A DNA stretch of 64,000 nt, from assembly GCA_964016885.1 (NCBI GenBank), contig OZ024751.1, positions 30,194,001 to 30,258,000 on the forward strand, in the 5' to 3' direction. Positions 59,654-64,000 of this stretch are shown here, one piece after another. Position 1 is the first letter of the stretch, and the number at the start of each line of letters is the position of its first letter. The position numbers and the translations under genes are program-made. Below the pieces are notes generated by a model that made no database searches, was not told the DNA's origin, and saw only the letters and a list, made by a program, of their open reading frames with translations. The stretch is from Eledone cirrhosa (taxonomy: Eukaryota).

Positions 59654-59802
59654 GATCTATTAACCAGTCGGTCTCGGTATGCTGTCAGCCAGTCTATATT
59701 TGACCATCGCTGCTTCTCTTTAGTTCTGATATTTATTCATCTTTTCAGAGAGGCAGCCAAGCATGTGCCTATATAGAATATAGTACAGTCTCCAACTTTC
59801 GT

Positions 59803-59904
<102 letters not shown>

Positions 59905-60106
59905 GCGCGCGCGTATATTAATATTGTAGCAAGCCAAGTCGTGTGTCTCTATTTTACTTGTCTGATTGATGGTTTGCTCATTTTCTGCTATCATGCTATG
60001 CTATATAAATGAGAAAAGAGAAATTAGTGTCTGTACTGAGAGAGGTGAATAAAAAGTATTATAAACCGAGAAGAATTATATAGATAGCAAAATAAGTGCG
60101 ATATGC

Positions 60107-60139
<33 letters not shown>

Positions 60140-60567
60140 TGTATGTATGTATGTATCGATAAATAGATATATGGATAGATAGGGATGTAGATAGATAGAT
60201 ACATATATATAGATAGATCGCCACCACCAACACCTTCATCATCACCACCATCACTATCACCATCATTGCTATCATCAACCAGCATTACCTCTACCACCAC
60301 CACCACCACCACCACCACCACCACCACCACCACCACCACCACTACCACCACCACCATTATGATAAGGAGCATCATCATCATCATCATCATCATCATTGCC
60401 ATAACCTGACGTAAATTTGTATCATCAAGACATGTTTTATTTATACCACCTAACGTAGTTGTGCTTTCTTCTACATCTACCTGTCGGCCGGCATTGCACT
60501 GAGAACTGAGAGCCGAGAGAGCAGGTAAGACAGGTAAGATAGAGTGCTAGGTAATACAGGTAAATAG

Positions 60568-60598
<31 letters not shown>

Positions 60599-61376
60599 GA
60601 TACGTACGTACATACATACATGATGGCTGCCCCCTCGTTATCGAGTATGGCCATTTCACGATATACCATTATTAATAATTATTAATTAATTCTATCGAGC
60701 AATGCCTGTGCGTGAAGATATTTTTTAAAGTGAGGAAAGACTGTGCACTGAGCCAATCCCACTCTCTGAGAGACAGTAGCTATAACCCGAAAAGAAGAAA
60801 AGATCAACATCATCGGTAACTACTGAGCCGCAGGTTTTATATCGGAGTTATCCCAGTTTCCTGAGTTGCCTTCTCCTAGAAGAATGCCCTGACAAAGGCT
60901 AGGGGTCCTTCACTCCCAGTGGTTTAACCACGCGGTACATGTGTATATACATATTTTGCACACTTTTGGATGGCCGTTGACTCTTATGAGTTCTTCCGCC
61001 CTTTGTCAGGTTTTGTTTTTTGTCCTGCAGGGTGTCCAAAATCACCCTCCTCACCAAGTAAACTTGGTGGGGTTGGGGGTTTAGTCGCCGACGACCCAAC
61101 CATGCGACAGGTTGTACTGGGTTACATGTTACATACATATATATGTACGTACATACATACATGGATAGATAGATAGATATATTTCTTTATTAGCCACAGG
61201 GACACAAAAGAAGGGGACAAATACAAAGGGGGAAGTTTACATACAATAAAAACGTGTAAAATGTTATCACAAATGCAATTTAAAAAGTTAGTCGATTTTC
61301 CCCAATAGGGGGAGACACTTCATATGGGTAACATATACCCCCGAAAAAATGGGCAACCCTCATCACCAGGAGTACG

Positions 61377-61439
<63 letters not shown>

Positions 61440-61508
61440 GCAGGTAGGTAGGTAGATAGATAGATAGATAGGTAGGTAGGTAGGTAGATAGGTAGATAGA
61501 GAGAGAGC

Positions 61509-61582
<74 letters not shown>

Positions 61583-61779
61583 TAAGGTAGGTAAGCCGTC
61601 AGGTAGGTAGATAGGTAGGGTGGGATACATGCTGACGGGAAAATACCGACAGAATTCTGCTGGGGCGTTGGCGTCGTGCTTCCTCTCTTACCATTTACGT
61701 CGATCATCGTTTACGTATATGTGTATAAATATATATATATACATGTATATGTATATGTATACATTATATATATATATAT

Positions 61780-61829
<50 letters not shown>

Positions 61830-61911
61830 GGGAGAGAGAAAAGGTTGGGATACGTATATAAATATATGTGTGTGTGGGTGTGTGTGTGGGTATATATATA
61901 TCTTTATATAT

Positions 61912-62115
<204 letters not shown>

Positions 62116-62242
62116 CTGATGATTTCAAATGAATGAAACAGTTCTAGTCCTGTAGAATCTCATCTATATTAAAACTGTTATACTCTGCTATGTATTGAGT
62201 ACCTTACTTACTGTGGTTACCTCCGATTCAACCCGGAATAAC

Positions 62243-62310
<68 letters not shown>

Positions 62311-62512
62311 TTATATATACATACATACATATATATATATGACTACGTATGTTATGAAACAGTGAACAGGTTTGAAATTAGAAAATAGAATAGCTTTCAC
62401 CGTATTTTTTGACTCAAGAAATGTTAGCCTGATAATGGGGTTTAGAACCCTCAGATAAATGGAAAAAGATGAGTATTGACGTACATGGGAGTCGAACCCA
62501 CATCTTTGGTTA

Positions 62513-62571
<59 letters not shown>

Positions 62572-62660
62572 ATATTTTTATATATATAGTGTATATTTAT
62601 ATATACATCTATATATCTAAAGCAATATCTCTATCATATCTATCTATCTCCCTCTCTCTC

Positions 62661-62691
<31 letters not shown>

Positions 62692-62721
62692 TTGTGTGTT
62701 TGTGTGTAAATATACGTATTC

Positions 62722-62758
<37 letters not shown>

Positions 62759-63019
62759 ATATATACACTCATTACATACATATACATATATATAGTATTA
62801 CTCACTAACATATTTCTACATCAACCACAGTTGCATCTTAAAATATTAGGTTCCCTCTTAACAATCTAAAAATACATCACCCCTACCCACCTGAAACACC
62901 CACCCTAACAGCTTCTAACACTGCAGTGCCCTAATTCTATCCCTACTCCACACTAAACAACAAACCCCTAAATAACCCCCCCCCCTCCACCAACATCAGA
63001 ACCCTTTAACTGGTCTTAC

Positions 63020-63074
63020 CTCTGCACACACTGTATAATGTTGCTATGCATAACACCAAGTGTACTGTTAACAC
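63020..63074 (-). other. Small exon candidate (phase 0 reading VLTVHLVLCIATLYSVCR, signal-peptide-like)
   Basis: tgttccttag acceptor and GTAAGA donor. Confidence 0.3.
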
Positions 63075-63656
63075 CTAAGGAACAGTACAAATGATGCACA
63101 CACATACACATACACAGATATACACACACATACATATACACACACACATACACAGACACAGATAAACACACACACACATACATATACACACACACATACA
63201 CAGATAAACACACACACATACATATACACACACACACACATACACAGACACAGATAAACACACACACACACATACATATGCACACACACATACACAGACA
63301 CAGATAAACACACACACATACATATATACACACACACATACATACACACACACACACACACATACACAGACACAGATAAACACACACACATACATATACA
63401 CACACACATACACAGACACAGATAAACACACACACACATACATATACACACACACACATACACAGACACAGATAAACACACACTCATACATATACACACA
63501 GACACAGATAAACACACACACACATGCATATATATATACACACACATACATATACACACACACATACACAGACACAGATAAACACACACATATACATGCA
63601 CACACATTCACACACACACACAGATACATGCACACACATTAACACACACACACTTG

Positions 63657-63691
<35 letters not shown>

Positions 63692-64000
63692 ACAAATATA
63701 TACATACATGTAAACACATACACACATACCCACACATGCACACATACAAATAAATACACACATGCACACACACACACACACAAACATATACACACATGTA
63801 AACACACATGCATATCCACACACAGATAAACACACACACAAATAGATAAACACACACACAAACATATACACACATGTAAACACACATGCATATCCACACA
63901 CAGATAAACACACACACAAATAGATAAACACACACACAAACATATACACACATGTAAATATACACATGCATATCCACACACAGATAAACACACACACAAA

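Overview
Eukaryotic, AT-rich, microsatellite-saturated genomic DNA. The repeat density and SINE family suggest an octopod cephalopod (inference). Nearly all ORF-track entries are translations of (TA)n/(CA)n/(GA)n/triplet repeats. Real content: (1) a head-to-head pair of complete 4-exon gustatory-receptor-like (GRL/7TMIC) genes, GRL-A on minus (14653->3935, 437 aa) and GRL-B on plus (22785->27623, 439 aa). Both have three phase-0 3' introns, identical 69- and 90-nt internal exons and the TYhhhhhQF TM7 motif. (2) The last two coding exons of a short Zasp/PDLIM-type PDZ protein on minus, apparently without LIM domains. (3) A U6 snRNA retrocopy fused to a SINE/LINE-type 3' tail in GRL-A intron 1. 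(4) About eight type I hammerhead ribozyme folds plus several half-hammerheads, mostly in (TA)n-embedded and often fold-back fragments typical of Penelope-like elements/retrozymes. (5) tRNA-derived SINEs, LINE fragments (RTE, CR1/L2-like, Tx1-like), MITEs, minisatellites and a few orphan exon candidates. All calls were made by eye, with no database search.
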